A DNA stretch of 64,000 nucleotides. It comes from an uncultured Planctomycetota bacterium. GTDB taxonomy: Bacteria; Planctomycetota; Planctomycetia; Gemmatales; Gemmataceae. The stretch lies in assembly GCA_963849325.1 (NCBI GenBank), contig CAWKHF010000012.1:1312001-1376000 (forward strand), given 5' to 3'. A program made the position numbers and the translations under genes. Positions 11,300 through 26,147 of the stretch are shown one piece after another. The notes beneath the pieces were generated by a model. The model ran no database searches, was not told where the DNA came from, and saw only the letters and a list, made by a program, of their open reading frames with translations. Numbering within the stretch: the first letter of the stretch is position 1; each line of letters opens with the position of its first letter.

Positions 11300-12954
11300 A
11301 TCACGAACAAGCCTTTTTTCAAGCGATCCGCGACGAACCGGACGACGACACGCACCGGCTGATCTACGCCGACTGGTTGGAGGAGCAGGGGGGGGCCGCC
11401 CGCGCTGCGCGAGCCGCTTTCATTCGCGCCCAGTGCCGGCTCGCCGTCCTGCCGGCCGGCGACCCGGCTCGCGACCCCCTCGAAGACGAAGCGGCCGACC
11501 TGCTGGCCGAATATGAGGACGAATGGACGCAGCCGTTGCGCGGCATCGCCGAACAATGGCAGTTCGCTCGCGGCTTCGTCGAGAGCATCTCCCTCCGCGG
11601 CGAAAACTTCTTGACGCACGCCGAACGTCTCTTCGACTTCGCCCCCGTGCGGGCCGTCCACTTGCTGATCCATTTCCGCGACGTCCCCCATCTGGCCGCC
11701 TGTCCGAGTCTGCACTGGGTCGAGCAGTTGGATTTCCGCCGCTGTCATCTGCACGATCGCGCGCTGCAACAACTGCTGACCTCGCCCCATCTCGACAGGC
11801 TGACCGCGCTCCATCTTGCCGGCAACGGCATCACCACGGCGGGAGTGCAAGCACTGGTTCGCTCGCCCCTGCTGGGTCGCTTGCGCCATCTCGACCTCAG
11901 CCGCAACGCCGGTGTCGGCGACCGGGCCGTGCATCTACTGGCCGGGGCGCCGGCGGCGTCATCCTTGGAAGAATTGGGCCTGGCATCGACCAATGCTACC
12001 GCGACCGGACTGGAGGAACTGTTTCGCTCGCTCCATCTGCCTCGTCTGGTAAAGCTCGACATCTCCGGTAAACGCTTCGCCCTCGCGCAGCTGGCCTCGT
12101 GGATGAAAAAGCTGGCCGAGTCGAGGTTGCTGAGCCAACTCCGCAGCCTCGACCTGAGTGAGGCGATCGACCCCCTGGCGTTGCCCCTCCTGATCCTCTC
12201 TCCCGCCGTGGCGAACTTGCGCGAGCTGCACCTGCGCGGCATCGGCCTGGAGGGAGACGACGTGGCGCCGCTGGCGGAATCACCCTATCTGGAGGGCTTG
12301 AACGTCCTCGACCTGCGGAAGAACAATCTGAGGAGCGAGGGAGCGCGAGCGCTGGCCGGCTCGCCTCATCTGGTCGGTCTGATCTCCCTGGACATCAGCT
12401 CCAACAATATCCGTGACACGGGTGCCACGGCGATCGCGGAGTCTTCTTGCTTGAAAAGGCTGTCCGTGCTGGACCTCGCCCGCAACGGCATCGGCGGACC
12501 CGGACTGCAATCCCTGGCCGCCTCGGTGAATCTCGGCCATTTGCGGACGCTCAACCTCGCTGGCAACTTCATCGGCGGCGACAGCGTGCGTACCCTGGCC
12601 GAATCCTCTCACCTAGGCCGGCTGGTGTCCCTTGACCTCAGCGATGCCTATCTCGAAGAGGACAGCGGCCGCGCCCTGGCGTCGTCCGCGAACCTGCCGC
12701 GCCTCGCCACGCTTCGGTTACAGAAGAACCTCCTCGGCGACGGCGGCGCGAAGGCTCTGGCTCACTCGCCGCACCTGAAGCGCTTGACCATCCTGAACCT
12801 CAACGACAATCGCATCGGCAAGGCCGGCGCCGAGGCGCTGTCTACCGCGCCGTTGTGGCGGCACCTGCGGGAACTCGACCTGCGCGGCAACGTCTTCACC
12901 GATACGCAGGAAGCGCTGCTGCGCAGCCGGTTCGGCGCGGCCGTGCTGCTGTGA
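11296..12954 (+). CDS. TIGR02996 domain protein with a long LRR solenoid (552 aa)
   Basis: AFFQAIRDEPDDDTHRLIYADWLEE, then >12 repeats of ~28 aa of the LxxLxLxxNxIGxxGAxALA type. ATGA overlap with the previous gene. Confidence 0.9.
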   Translation: MNHEQAFFQAIRDEPDDDTHRLIYADWLEEQGGAARAARAAFIRAQCRLAVLPAGDPARDPLEDEAADLLAEYEDEWTQPLRGIAEQWQFARGFVESISLRGENFLTHAERLFDFAPVRAVHLLIHFRDVPHLAACPSLHWVEQLDFRRCHLHDRALQQLLTSPHLDRLTALHLAGNGITTAGVQALVRSPLLGRLRHLDLSRNAGVGDRAVHLLAGAPAASSLEELGLASTNATATGLEELFRSLHLPRLVKLDISGKRFALAQLASWMKKLAESRLLSQLRSLDLSEAIDPLALPLLILSPAVANLRELHLRGIGLEGDDVAPLAESPYLEGLNVLDLRKNNLRSEGARALAGSPHLVGLISLDISSNNIRDTGATAIAESSCLKRLSVLDLARNGIGGPGLQSLAASVNLGHLRTLNLAGNFIGGDSVRTLAESSHLGRLVSLDLSDAYLEEDSGRALASSANLPRLATLRLQKNLLGDGGAKALAHSPHLKRLTILNLNDNRIGKAGAEALSTAPLWRHLRELDLRGNVFTDTQEALLRSRFGAAVLL

Positions 12955-13039
12955 GCGCTCATCCAGGCTGGTCAGGAGCGCACGGCGGAACCTTACAATG
13001 GGTGACGTGTTGCTTGCCCCGGATCAGGGATGCGGACGG

Positions 13040-13876
13040 ATGACTCGATCCCACGCCGATGCGTTTCTGGAAGCGATCCTGCAAAATCCCGACGACGATA
13101 CGCCGCGCCTGGTTTACACCGACTGGCTGGAAGAGCAGGGCGATGCTGACAGCGTCGCTCGCGCGGAGTTCATCCGCATTCAGTGCGCCCTAGCCAGCGG
13201 ACACTTCCCGCCGCGACGGCGAACGGAAATGAATAGACGCCAGCAGCAGATCCTTCATGAGCGGGGCAAGGAGTGGGCACACCCCCTCCGCCGGCTGGTG
13301 AAAGGCTGGGAATTCCATCGCGGTTTCATCGATGAAGTCGCCATAAGGGGCGATACGTTTTTCGCTCATGCGGATCGACTCTTTCGCCGCGCCCCCATCC
13401 AGCACCTGCGTTTCTGGCCTCGTCTGCGGCCCTATTCTTCCGGCTCGGTAATCAACATTCCCTTCAGCGAGCCAATCAACACGGCGGTGTTGGCGGACAA
13501 TGAACATCTCCGCCGCCTGCGTTCCCTCGACCTCAGCTGGCACAACCTGGAAAGCCGACACCTACGCGCTTTGATCGTATCGACGCACCTGACCGGCCTC
13601 ACCTCGCTGACCCTGGCGTATAACCGCATCGGCGACAGCGGCATCCGGGCGCTGGCCGAAGCTCCGCTGCTGGCGCAGTTGAGGCAACTGAACCTCTATC
13701 GCAATGACATCAGCACTGGCGGCGTGCGTGCGCTCGCTCAATCTCTGGAAAGACTGGCTCGCACTTCCGAAGGGTTACGCCTGCGAATACTCGATGTGCG
13801 CGGCAACCCTATCAGCGCTGCCGGTCGTCACCTTCTGGGCGATTCGCCGCTGTTGCAGCGTGTGGCCTGCTGGTAG
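13040..13876 (+). CDS. TIGR02996 domain protein with a short LRR array
   Basis: AFLEAILQNPDDDTPRLVYTDWLEE, RGFI, about 4 LRRs. Confidence 0.88.
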   Translation: MTRSHADAFLEAILQNPDDDTPRLVYTDWLEEQGDADSVARAEFIRIQCALASGHFPPRRRTEMNRRQQQILHERGKEWAHPLRRLVKGWEFHRGFIDEVAIRGDTFFAHADRLFRRAPIQHLRFWPRLRPYSSGSVINIPFSEPINTAVLADNEHLRRLRSLDLSWHNLESRHLRALIVSTHLTGLTSLTLAYNRIGDSGIRALAEAPLLAQLRQLNLYRNDISTGGVRALAQSLERLARTSEGLRLRILDVRGNPISAAGRHLLGDSPLLQRVACW

Positions 13877-14122
13877 CACGACATCAATCCGGCGGCAAAT
13901 CCTGACGGGTCGAATCCTCGTCGGTCAACCGCACGGCCAGTTTGCCTGCCGACGCCGACAGTTACCCCCTTTCCCGCAGTCGTGTACATGCCACTGTCGG
14001 GCATCGTCCCGGAACGCTGTTTGACAGCGAACCCGTGACCCGCCCTCCTCATCCTGCTAAGAAGAGAGGAATGAGCCACCCCGGATCGGGCGTCGCCCCC
14101 AGCAGTGAGGAACTTGCTCGCC

Positions 14123-15723
14123 ATGACCGAACCATCGCGCTTCTTCCTGACCACCGCCATCGACTACCCCAACAGCCGGCCGCACATCGGCACCGCCTTC
14201 GAGAAGCTCGGCGCCGACGTGCAGGCCCGCTACCGCCGCATGGAGGGGTACGAGGTCTTCTTCCTCATGGGCAACGACGAGAACACCGTCAAGGTCGCCA
14301 AGCGCGCCGCCGAGCTGGGCCTCGAGCCGAAAGCCTACTGCGACGACATGGCCCGCCAGTTCCAGGAGGTCTGGCGCGCCCTGGAGATCAGCTACGACGA
14401 CTTCATCCAGACCAGCGAAGCTGCGCCACCACGCGGGCTGCCGCAAGTTCATCCAGAAGGTCTACGACAACGGCCACATCTACAAGGGCAACTACGAGGG
14501 CTGGTACTGCGAGGGCTGCGAAAGTCTTCAAGACCGACACGGAGATCAAGGAGGCCGGCGGCGTCTGTCCCAATCACAAAGTCCCGCCGGTCCGCCGCAG
14601 CGAGCCGTGCTACTTCTTCGCGCTGTCGAAGTTTCAGGAGCGGCTGCTGCAGTTCTACGAGGAGAATCCCGACTTCATCCAGCCGGAGACCCGCCGCAAC
14701 GAGATCCTCAGCCTGGTGCAGACGCGAGCTGAAGGACATCAACATCACGCGCACTCGGCGAGGCGTGGGGCATCCGCGTGCCCGTTCGACGAGGAGTTCA
14801 CCATCTACGTCTGGTTCGACGCCCTGCTGAACTACATCACCGGCCATCGGCTACGGCACGGACGAGGCGCGTTTCCAGAAGTGGTGGCCGGCCGACCTGC
14901 ACGTCATCGGCAAGGACATCACGCGCTTCCACTGCGCCTTGTGGCCGGCCATGTGCTTGGCCGCCGGCATCGAGCCGCCGCGGCGCGTCTTCGGCCACGG
15001 CTTCGTCTACGTCAAGAACGAGGAGACCGGGGACAGTCGAAAAGATCGAGCAAATCGCTCGGCAACGTCGTCGAGCCGATGGAGCTGATCACGAAGTTCA
15101 GCGCCGAGGCGTTCCGCTACTACTTCCTGCGCGAGTGCCCGTTCCCGGCGATGGCGAGTTCAGCTGGAGCACGCTTCGTCGAGCTGTACAACGCCGACCT
15201 GGCCAACAATCTCGGCAACCTGTACAGCCGCGTCGTCAAGCTGATCAGCCAGCACTACGACGGCCACCTTGCACGAGACGGCCGGCCTGGAGCCGGGCGT
15301 CATCTACACCGAGGCCGACCTGGAGACGACGGTCAAGCAGGTGCAAGGCGCACATCGAGGCTTGCCAGTACAACCAGGCGCTGCAGCGCATCTGGCTGCA
15401 GATGCTCGACCCGGCCAACCAGTACCTCGACCGCACCGAGCCCGTGGAAGCTGGCGCAAGACGGACAAGGCGGCGGCCAGGCAGGTGCTGTACGACCTGG
15501 TCGAGCAGCTGCGGGTGGTCGCGCATCCTGCTCAAGCCGTTCCTGCCGCGCATGGCCGAGACGATCTACAGCAGCTTCAACTTCTCGCAGCCGTGGGACA
15601 GCGTCCGCTACGAGGACGTCTGGTCGCACCCGCGGCAGACCGAGGACCTGCGTCTGATGGCGGAGCTGGAAGACGGCAAGGTCGCAGCCGCTGTTCAAGC
15701 GAATTGAGCTGAAATCCGTCTGA
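14123..15723 (+). CDS. metG: Methionyl-tRNA synthetase (short form, no C-terminal tRNA-binding domain); multiple frameshifts
   Basis: TTAIDYPNSRPHIGT, YCxxCE...CPNH knuckle, YVWFDALLNY, IGKDITRFH, K(M)SKSLGN, YNADLANNLGNL. Confidence 0.9.
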
Positions 15724-15782
15724 GAAGCTGTTTCCCAAGCCGCTGCGGCTTAGCGCCGGCAGCCGGCAAAGCGTTTGCGGCT

Positions 15783-19343
<3,561 letters not shown>

Positions 19344-19586
19344 GTTCGTGTCGTCAACCGGAGTTTGTTGCCAATCCGAATCGTATCTTACCCGGCCCTG
19401 TTGTCCTCTACCACGATCGCCTTTCCGACATAGGCTCGCAGGGAGCCCCGAATTCATTTCGGCGCGCCAATAATCCGGCTATGTCCAAAAACCGGCACTA
19501 GCTCACAAACTCGAACTTCTGCAATAAATCGACGAAACGGTTGGGCTAACGGATCAGGAAAGGCCGAAGGGAGAAACCGCCATTTC

Positions 19587-21068
19587 TCATCTAAACAAAA
19601 GACGCTCTGATCTACCAACATACACGTTGAACTTCTCTTCTGATCCAGCCTCGCGCCAGCCGCCGTAGGTCCAGCCGCTGCAGCAAATCGGCCGTAATGG
19701 GGCGTTTGGTGTCCCAAAATACGAACGCCTCGTAGAACTCCTGCGCGATAGAAGAGTTGAGTAGGGCACCCAGATACTCAGCCTGTACCTGCGTCTGGCA
19801 AGGCAGGAAGTAAGAAGTATCGTCAAGCACGACCGGCTTGCCCTTGATCGGGCCAACCGTCACGAACGCGAGTTTCTTGTAGAAGCCGCTGATGGCGATT
19901 TTCCAGGGCGCGAAGCTATACTCCCCGACCCCGAAGATGGAAAACGGTGGACGGTTTCGGTAGATCGAACTTCCTCGCCGATTCAACAGGTCGGCGTGGG
20001 CCTTGAGATAGCTCCACGTCCGAGGCGCTCTATTCTGTAAACCCGTCGTATCCTCATTCACCGTTCGCTGAGTTACAAGCATGTAGCGATTTCCGTTTCC
20101 ACCGCCTTTCGCCACGTGCGAACTTTTCAGCATGGGGTACAGATAAGTATCCTCAAGGTCTACGAGTTCCCCAAGGCCGTTTCGATGCTTCTCTCCCTCC
20201 TGATAGACCTCCATGACCTTGGAACAGTCGTGTTTAATCCCCAGCGCCACTTGAGAACCTCTTCGCCGCACAGATGCTTCCAACGGTGAAAGGCCGCGAT
20301 GTCGGCGAGTAGCATCCCGTCCGCGTAACCGATGACGGTTTCCATCTTGGTCTCGCTATGCAAGCCAGAATACACTTTGGCTTCCCGATCCTGAGCCTGC
20401 GGTCTGAAGTGCGTCACCAGTAAGGCCGCATCAACGGCGGCGTTAAAGTGGAGGTCGGCTTTGATCCGGTAGATCGCCGACCGCTCCAGAGCGGTCCTCG
20501 TCTTCCACCCGTGAAGTAGCGTCTTTCGCGCTACCGATGACTTGCAGAGCATGGCGAGTGTGCCCTGTCGTCCATTCATCGCTTCCAACAGACGGATCAG
20601 CATCCATTCCGATATGTCGAAGTTCGCCTTACCCGTAATGGCGTCGAGTCCATTACGGTTCTGAAAATTCGATTTGGTGGGTAGGTTTTGACTGCCAAGC
20701 GTACTGAGGTGAGCGTTCGTGATCCACGGCAGGTTGCCGAGGACCAGGATCGGCTCGGGCAAATCCGAGATCACCTTCTCCCAGTCCGTGGCGAAAAAAT
20801 CCGCTTCAACGAGTCGTACCTTTTCGGCATCTTGTCGCCGTTGAAGAGCGGCCCTGGTTTGTTTGATGTATTGAGCATTGATGTCCGCGCCAAGAGCTTG
20901 CCGGACCTCCCGAAATTGGTCGAGGCCAGCGAACAGAAATCCCCCCAACCCGCACGTCGGTTCCAGTAAAGCAGTAGGCCGTAGCGCGTGTTTACTCAAG
21001 AGGGTACACACGTCTCGCGCCAACGCCTCGGGAGTCTGGAAGTCACCGTATTCCTTGGTTTTTCTCAT
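19587..21068 (-). CDS. Amino (N6-adenine-type, gamma order) DNA methyltransferase; frameshifts near 20245 and probably 19650
   Basis: GDFQTP, LLEPTCGLG (motif I), GNLPW (motif IV variant), C-terminal TRD-like region (KIAISGFYK). Lower GC than the flanks. Confidence 0.8.
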
Positions 21069-21164
21069 TTATAACCCGCATCCTCGTGGCCAATTCTTCG
21101 GCCGTGATTTGCTGCTGACATATCACCATTCGTGTAATGGCGAGCGGATGTCGAATCTCACGGA

Positions 21165-21821
21165 CTACCTCAGTTTCAGAATGCCATCGACCTTGCCGGC
21201 CTGCTCGATAACTCGCGCATACTGGAGCCGCCACTGCAAGGCGTTGGAGATAGTCAGGTATCCCTGTTCGCATGGCTTCTTTAGCAGTTCCTCCGCGATG
21301 TTGTTCGCCTCGATGTCATCCACCGGCAGGTTCTTGTCGTGCATGAGGCCGATCAGGTCTTCGGAGTTGCCCCCGGCTTCCAGGTGCTGGCGGATCAATC
21401 GCGTCATGGTGAAGTCGGCTGTGCGGTGCTTTTCGACAAGGACCGTGTGCAAGATATTGAGGATGGCGGTGGTCGTCTTCGGATCGTCCTTCTTCTGGTA
21501 GACGAACACCAGTACGGAATATCCGAGACCAAAGATCTTCTGGCGGGCCGATTGGAAGGGGCATGAAGACTGCGGCTGAGTAATGGCCGTGACCTTCATG
21601 TCCACCTGAAGATCGGGGAAGTCAATGCCAGCCGCCGAACTGGACGATGCGAGGGCATACTTGGACTCAAGATGTGCCCGGAACTTGTGTTCAAGATACG
21701 TTCCAATGGCCTTGCCGTCTGTCACCCCATACAACGTAGGCTCCGGATAGGTGGACTCGACCTCTGCGAAGGCAGCGGCTTCTTGACACAGCCGTTCGAT
21801 TGCCAGCTTCTTCTTCCTCAT
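21165..21821 (-). CDS. Putative restriction endonuclease (PD-(D/E)XK-like)
   Basis: GVTDGKAIGTYLE, GIDFPDLQVDMKVT, QPQSSCPF. Directly upstream of the MTase in the same orientation. Confidence 0.65.
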   Translation of the reverse strand: MRKKKLAIERLCQEAAAFAEVESTYPEPTLYGVTDGKAIGTYLEHKFRAHLESKYALASSSSAAGIDFPDLQVDMKVTAITQPQSSCPFQSARQKIFGLGYSVLVFVYQKKDDPKTTTAILNILHTVLVEKHRTADFTMTRLIRQHLEAGGNSEDLIGLMHDKNLPVDDIEANNIAEELLKKPCEQGYLTISNALQWRLQYARVIEQAGKVDGILKLR

Positions 21822-22167
21822 CCGTCATGCTCCGTTCAAGGCGGACTTTCCGCTTACCTCCCAGGTGATCTTTTGAAAAGTGAACATCCTGCTGCCTATC
21901 TCCGCCCCCAGGCTGCACATTCAGGGCAGTCTACCGGCTTGCTGTGCAAAAATCCACCTCTGCCAGGAAGTACCAATACAGAAGTCGGAGGTCTGGTTCT
22001 AGTTGCGCGGCATGGGAGCCAGTAAAACAAGGGCGGACACGAAGAAGTCCGGGGTAGTCGGGAGTTTTATGGCAGATCAGGCTTTTCCGGCAAATTCGGC
22101 ACATGGCCAGACCTTACGTTGAACGGGGAGAGATGATTCACGGAATGGATTTGTCCTGGAGGAAGAG

Positions 22168-22880
22168 ATGATGTCATCGGAGTCCCTGAAATCCGCTGTC
22201 ATACTGTTGAGCGGCGGTCTCGATTCGGCGACCGCGCTGGCGGTGGCCCGCCGCGACGGCTTCCGCTGTCACGCCCTGACCATCGCCTATGGCCAGCGCC
22301 ACGCCGCGGAGTTGGAGGCGGCCCGCCGCGTGGCCGTCGCACTCGGCGCGGTCGAGCAGCGTGTCGTCGAGTTGGACCTGCGCAGCTTCGGCGGCTCGGC
22401 CCTCACGGCGGACATCCCGGTGCCGCGCGACCGCTCGCCCGAAGCCATGAGCGCCGGCATCCCCATCACTTACGTCCCGGCTCGCAACACCGTGTTCCTC
22501 GCCCTCGCCCTGGGTTGGGCCGAGGTGTTGGGCAGCTTCGACATTTACGCGGGCGTCAACATCATTGACTACAGTGGCTATCCCGATTGTCGCCCGGAGT
22601 TCCTGGCGGCGTTCGAGCGGCTGGCGAACCTGGCCACCAAGACCGGCGTCGAAAAGAAGGGACACTTCCGCATCCACGCTCCGTTGATCCGGATGGCGAA
22701 AGCCGACATCATCCGCCTGGGGACATCGCTCGGCGTCGATTACGGGCTGACGCATAGCTGTTACGACCCGGCGGACGACGGCGCGGCCTGCGGCCGCTGC
22801 GATTCCTGTCAGCTGCGCGCGCCGGCTTCGAGGCGGCCGGCGTCCCCGACCCGACCCGTTACGTCTGCTCTGGCTACTGA
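22168..22880 (+). CDS. queC: 7-cyano-7-deazaguanine synthase; frameshift near 22815
   Basis: [32 protein letters not shown]...CGRCDSC zinc motif. Confidence 0.93.
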
Positions 22881-22999
22881 GTCTCGCCTTGCGCATCACG
22901 ACCTCCGCCGCCTTCGTCCTTTCTCCCGTTGCTTTCGTCGTGTTACAATCCTCCTCTCGTTTCGCGTTTCGGTCGTTGTCCTGGCTCGGAGGTTCCGCG

Positions 23000-24875
23000 A
23001 TGAAACGACGCATGCGCTTCGTGCAGCTGCTCGGCCTCGTTCTGCTCGCCGGTTCACCCGCCGGCGCCGCGGCGCAGGGACTGGAGTACGTCAAGGCCCA
23101 CTACACCAAATACGAGTACCGCATCCCCATGCGCGACGGCAAGAAGCTCTTCACCGCCGTCTACGTCGCCCAAGGACCAGGCGAAGCGCTATCCCATCCT
23201 GCTGACGCGGACGCCGTACAGCGTCCGGCCCTACGGCGCCGACCAGTACAAGACCGACCTCGGACCGTCGCCGTTGTTCGGCAAGGCCGGCTACATCTTC
23301 GCCTACCAGGACGTGCGCGGCCGCTGGATGTCCGAGGGCGACTTCGTCAACATGCGGCCGCACAATCCGGCGAAGAAGGAAACCGACATCGACGAGAGCA
23401 GCGACACCTGGGACACCATCGACTTCCTGGTCAAGCGCGTGCCAAACAACAACGGCCGCGTCGGCCAGTGGGGCATTTCCTACCCCGGCTTCTACACGGC
23501 CGCCGGCATGATCGACGCGCATCCCGCTCTGAAGGCGTCCTCGCCGCAGGCGCCGGTCACCGACTGGTTCATCGGCGACGACTGGCACCACAACGGCGCC
23601 CTGTTTTTGCCGCACATTTTCAACTTCATGGCTAACTTCGGCCGGCCGCGCCCCGCTCCGACGCGGAAGTTCGAGTACAAGTTCGACCACGAAACGCCGG
23701 ACGGCTACGACTTTTTTCTGCGTCTGGGTCCGCTGCCCAACGCCAACGCTCGCTACTTCAAGGACGACGTCGCCTTCTGGAGCGAGGCGATGCGGCACGG
23801 CACCTATGACGACTTCTGGAAGTCGCGCAACCTGCGGCAGCACCTCAACAAGGTTCGGCCCGCCGTCATGACCGTCGGCGGCTGGTTCGACGCCGAGAAC
23901 CTGTTCGGCGCCCTGGAGACGTACAAGAAAGTCGAGGCGAGCAGTCAAGGCCCGTGCAACGTCCTGGTGATGGGTCCGTGGTTTCACGGCGGCTGGAGCC
24001 GCGGCGACGGCGAAGCGCTGGGACACGTCTCGTTCAACGCCAAGACGTCGGTGTTCTACCGCGAGCACATCGAGTTGCCGTTCTTCGAGTTTCACCTCAA
24101 GGGCGTCGGTGCGTTCAAGCACCCCGAGGCGTGGGTGTTCGAGACGGGAACGAACCAGTGGCGCCGGCACGACGCCTGGCCGCCGAAGACGGCCAAACGT
24201 CAATCGCTCTATCTGCGCGACAAGGGACGGCTATCGTGGAAGGCGCCGGGCGAAAGCGAGGCGGACGGTTACGACGAATACGTCAGCGATCCGGCCAAGC
24301 CGGTGCCGTACCTCGACAAGATCGCCATCGGCATGAGCGCCGAGTACATGGTCGCCGATCAGCGCTTCGCCGGGCGCCGGCCGGACGTGCTGGTGTACGA
24401 GACCGACGTCCTGGATGAAGACGTCACCATCGCCGGACCCATCCGGGTCGATCTGCACGTCTCGACGACGGGCACCGATTCCGATTGGATCGTGAAGCTG
24501 ATCGACGTGTATCCCGACGATTATCCCGACCCGAAGCCGAACCCGACCGGCGTGCATATGGGCGGTTATCAGCAGTTGGTGCGCGGCGACGTGATGCGCG
24601 GCAAGTTCCGCGACAGCTTCGAGAAGCCCGAGCCGTTCGCGCCGGGCAAGCCGGCGGCCGTGTCGTTCACGATGCAGGACAGCTATCACACCTTCCGCAG
24701 TGGGCATCGCATCATGGTGCAAGTGCAATCGAGCTGGTTCCCGCTGGTCGATCGCAATCCGCAGACGTTCGTGGACATTTACCAGGCGAAGGCGTCGGAC
24801 TTCCGCAAGGCGACGCAGCGCGTGTACCGCTCGCGCGAGATGCCGTCGCGTCTGTCGCTGTTGGTGCTGCCGTGA
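23000..24875 (+). CDS. CocE/NonD family hydrolase (alpha-amino acid ester hydrolase-like) with signal peptide; frameshift near 23170
   Basis: [27 protein letters not shown] nucleophile, GPWFHG, DRNPQTF. Confidence 0.9.
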
Positions 24876-24969
24876 CCGAACGCCGAGGGCCGGAAAACTC
24901 CGCTTTCGTCGGCGCAGGCCGGGCAATTATACTTCCGGTAGTTCCGTCACGACATCGGAGGGAGAAAGC

Positions 24970-25677
24970 ATGGCGACGACGAAACCGCGGATCTTTCTGG
25001 CGCTGGAGTACGCCGAATACGCCCAGGAATATCTGCGCAGCCTGCCGCTGGAGCACTTCATGGAAGCGACCGGGCAATCCACGCAGCGGAAAATCACCCT
25101 GGAGAGCCTCGACCTGGTCAGCGCCCGTCGGCCCGAGGTCCAGGTCTTCAGCGAATTGTTGGTGCAGTATCCCTTGCCGCGGCGGAAGCGTCCCGGTCAG
25201 GTCGTACCCGACAACATGGTCGTCATTTGGAAGGAGCCGATCAAAGCCGACGGCAGTTTCGATGTGCCTTTGCAGCCGGCCCGTCCATTCTGGGTATTGG
25301 AGTACGTCTCCAAGCACAACAAGCGCAAGGACTACGAGGTCAACTTCCGCAAGTACGAACGGCAACTGAAGGTGCCGTACTACCTGGTCTTCCACCCGGA
25401 AGATCAGAAGTTGACGTTGTATAAGCACACGGGCGGGAAATACGTGTCGGTGAAGCCAAACTCACACGGTCGTTTGCCGTTGCCCAAGCTGGACCTGGAG
25501 ATGGGACTGCTCGATGGTTGGGTCCGCTTCTGGTATCAGGGCGAACTGCTGCCGTTGCCGGGCGATCTGCTGCGCCAACGGGACGAGGAGCGGCAAGCTC
25601 GCCTGGCGGCGGAGCGAGAGTTGGCGGCGCTGCGGGCGCAGTTGAAACAGATGCGGGGGCGGTCGGTTGGAGAGTAA
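24970..25677 (+). CDS. Uma2 (DUF820) family endonuclease
   Basis: VVPDNMVV, WVLEYVS, KDYEVNFRKYE, VPYYLVF, C-terminal coiled coil. GGAG RBS. Confidence 0.85.
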   Translation: MATTKPRIFLALEYAEYAQEYLRSLPLEHFMEATGQSTQRKITLESLDLVSARRPEVQVFSELLVQYPLPRRKRPGQVVPDNMVVIWKEPIKADGSFDVPLQPARPFWVLEYVSKHNKRKDYEVNFRKYERQLKVPYYLVFHPEDQKLTLYKHTGGKYVSVKPNSHGRLPLPKLDLEMGLLDGWVRFWYQGELLPLPGDLLRQRDEERQARLAAERELAALRAQLKQMRGRSVGE

Positions 25678-25683
25678 CGCCGT

Positions 25684-26028
25684 TCACTCCGACTTCGACG
25701 ACGCGGCGAGGAGTACCTCGACCGCCTCGCGTCCGGTCATGCCGAGGCGAATGCCCAGATCCTTCGCGGGCTGCGAAGCCTCGACGATCTGGGCGTCGAA
25801 CAGATCTTCGGGGTTGACGAGCGGTTTTTCCGGCGTGCCGCGAGCGATGGCGACGGCTTGACCGAACTCGCCGGCCGTCTTCACATCATAGATGCCGCAG
25901 CCGACCAACCCGGCCTCGGTCAAGAGTACGCAGTATTGTCCCTTACGCCAGCGGTTGCTGATGCCGATGGCGCAACCGTTGGCAAACGGGATTGGTCGCG
26001 CGATCGTGCGGGGCAGCGGTTCATTCAT
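25684..26028 (-). CDS. YunC/DUF1805 family protein
   Basis: GLVGCGIYD...AIARG...DLFDAQIVEAS...LGIRLGMTGREA. Confidence 0.75.
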   Translation of the reverse strand: MNEPLPRTIARPIPFANGCAIGISNRWRKGQYCVLLTEAGLVGCGIYDVKTAGEFGQAVAIARGTPEKPLVNPEDLFDAQIVEASQPAKDLGIRLGMTGREAVEVLLAASSKSE

Positions 26029-26047
26029 GGTATCTTCTTCCTTCTTT

Positions 26048-26098
26048 CCGAGCTGAAGCGTAAGCGAAGAGTGCTCTTCGCTTACGCTTCAGGCTCGG
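26048..26098. repeat. REP-like hairpin
   Basis: CCGAGCTGAAGCGTAAGCGAAGAG-TG-CTCTTCGCTTACGCTTCAGGCTCGG. Confidence 0.8.
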
Positions 26099-26147
26099 AT
26101 CGGCGCCGAATGCCCATCTTGCTCCCCATCATAGCCGGCCGTTCGCC

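Noticed and set aside
15036-15066. MetRS KMSKS apparently changed to KISKS
   Set aside because: The sequence AAGATCGAGC has one extra base; removing the C gives AAG ATG AGC (KMS).
21830-22167. preQ1 riboswitch upstream of queC
   Set aside because: No recognisable preQ1 stem with an A-rich tail.
19587-22880. queC plus R-M genes as a 7-deazaguanine DNA modification (dpd) or Qat defence system
   Set aside because: QueC is canonical in size and host-like in GC, and is transcribed away from the R-M pair. No dpdA/tgt-like, queD/E or qat partners are present.
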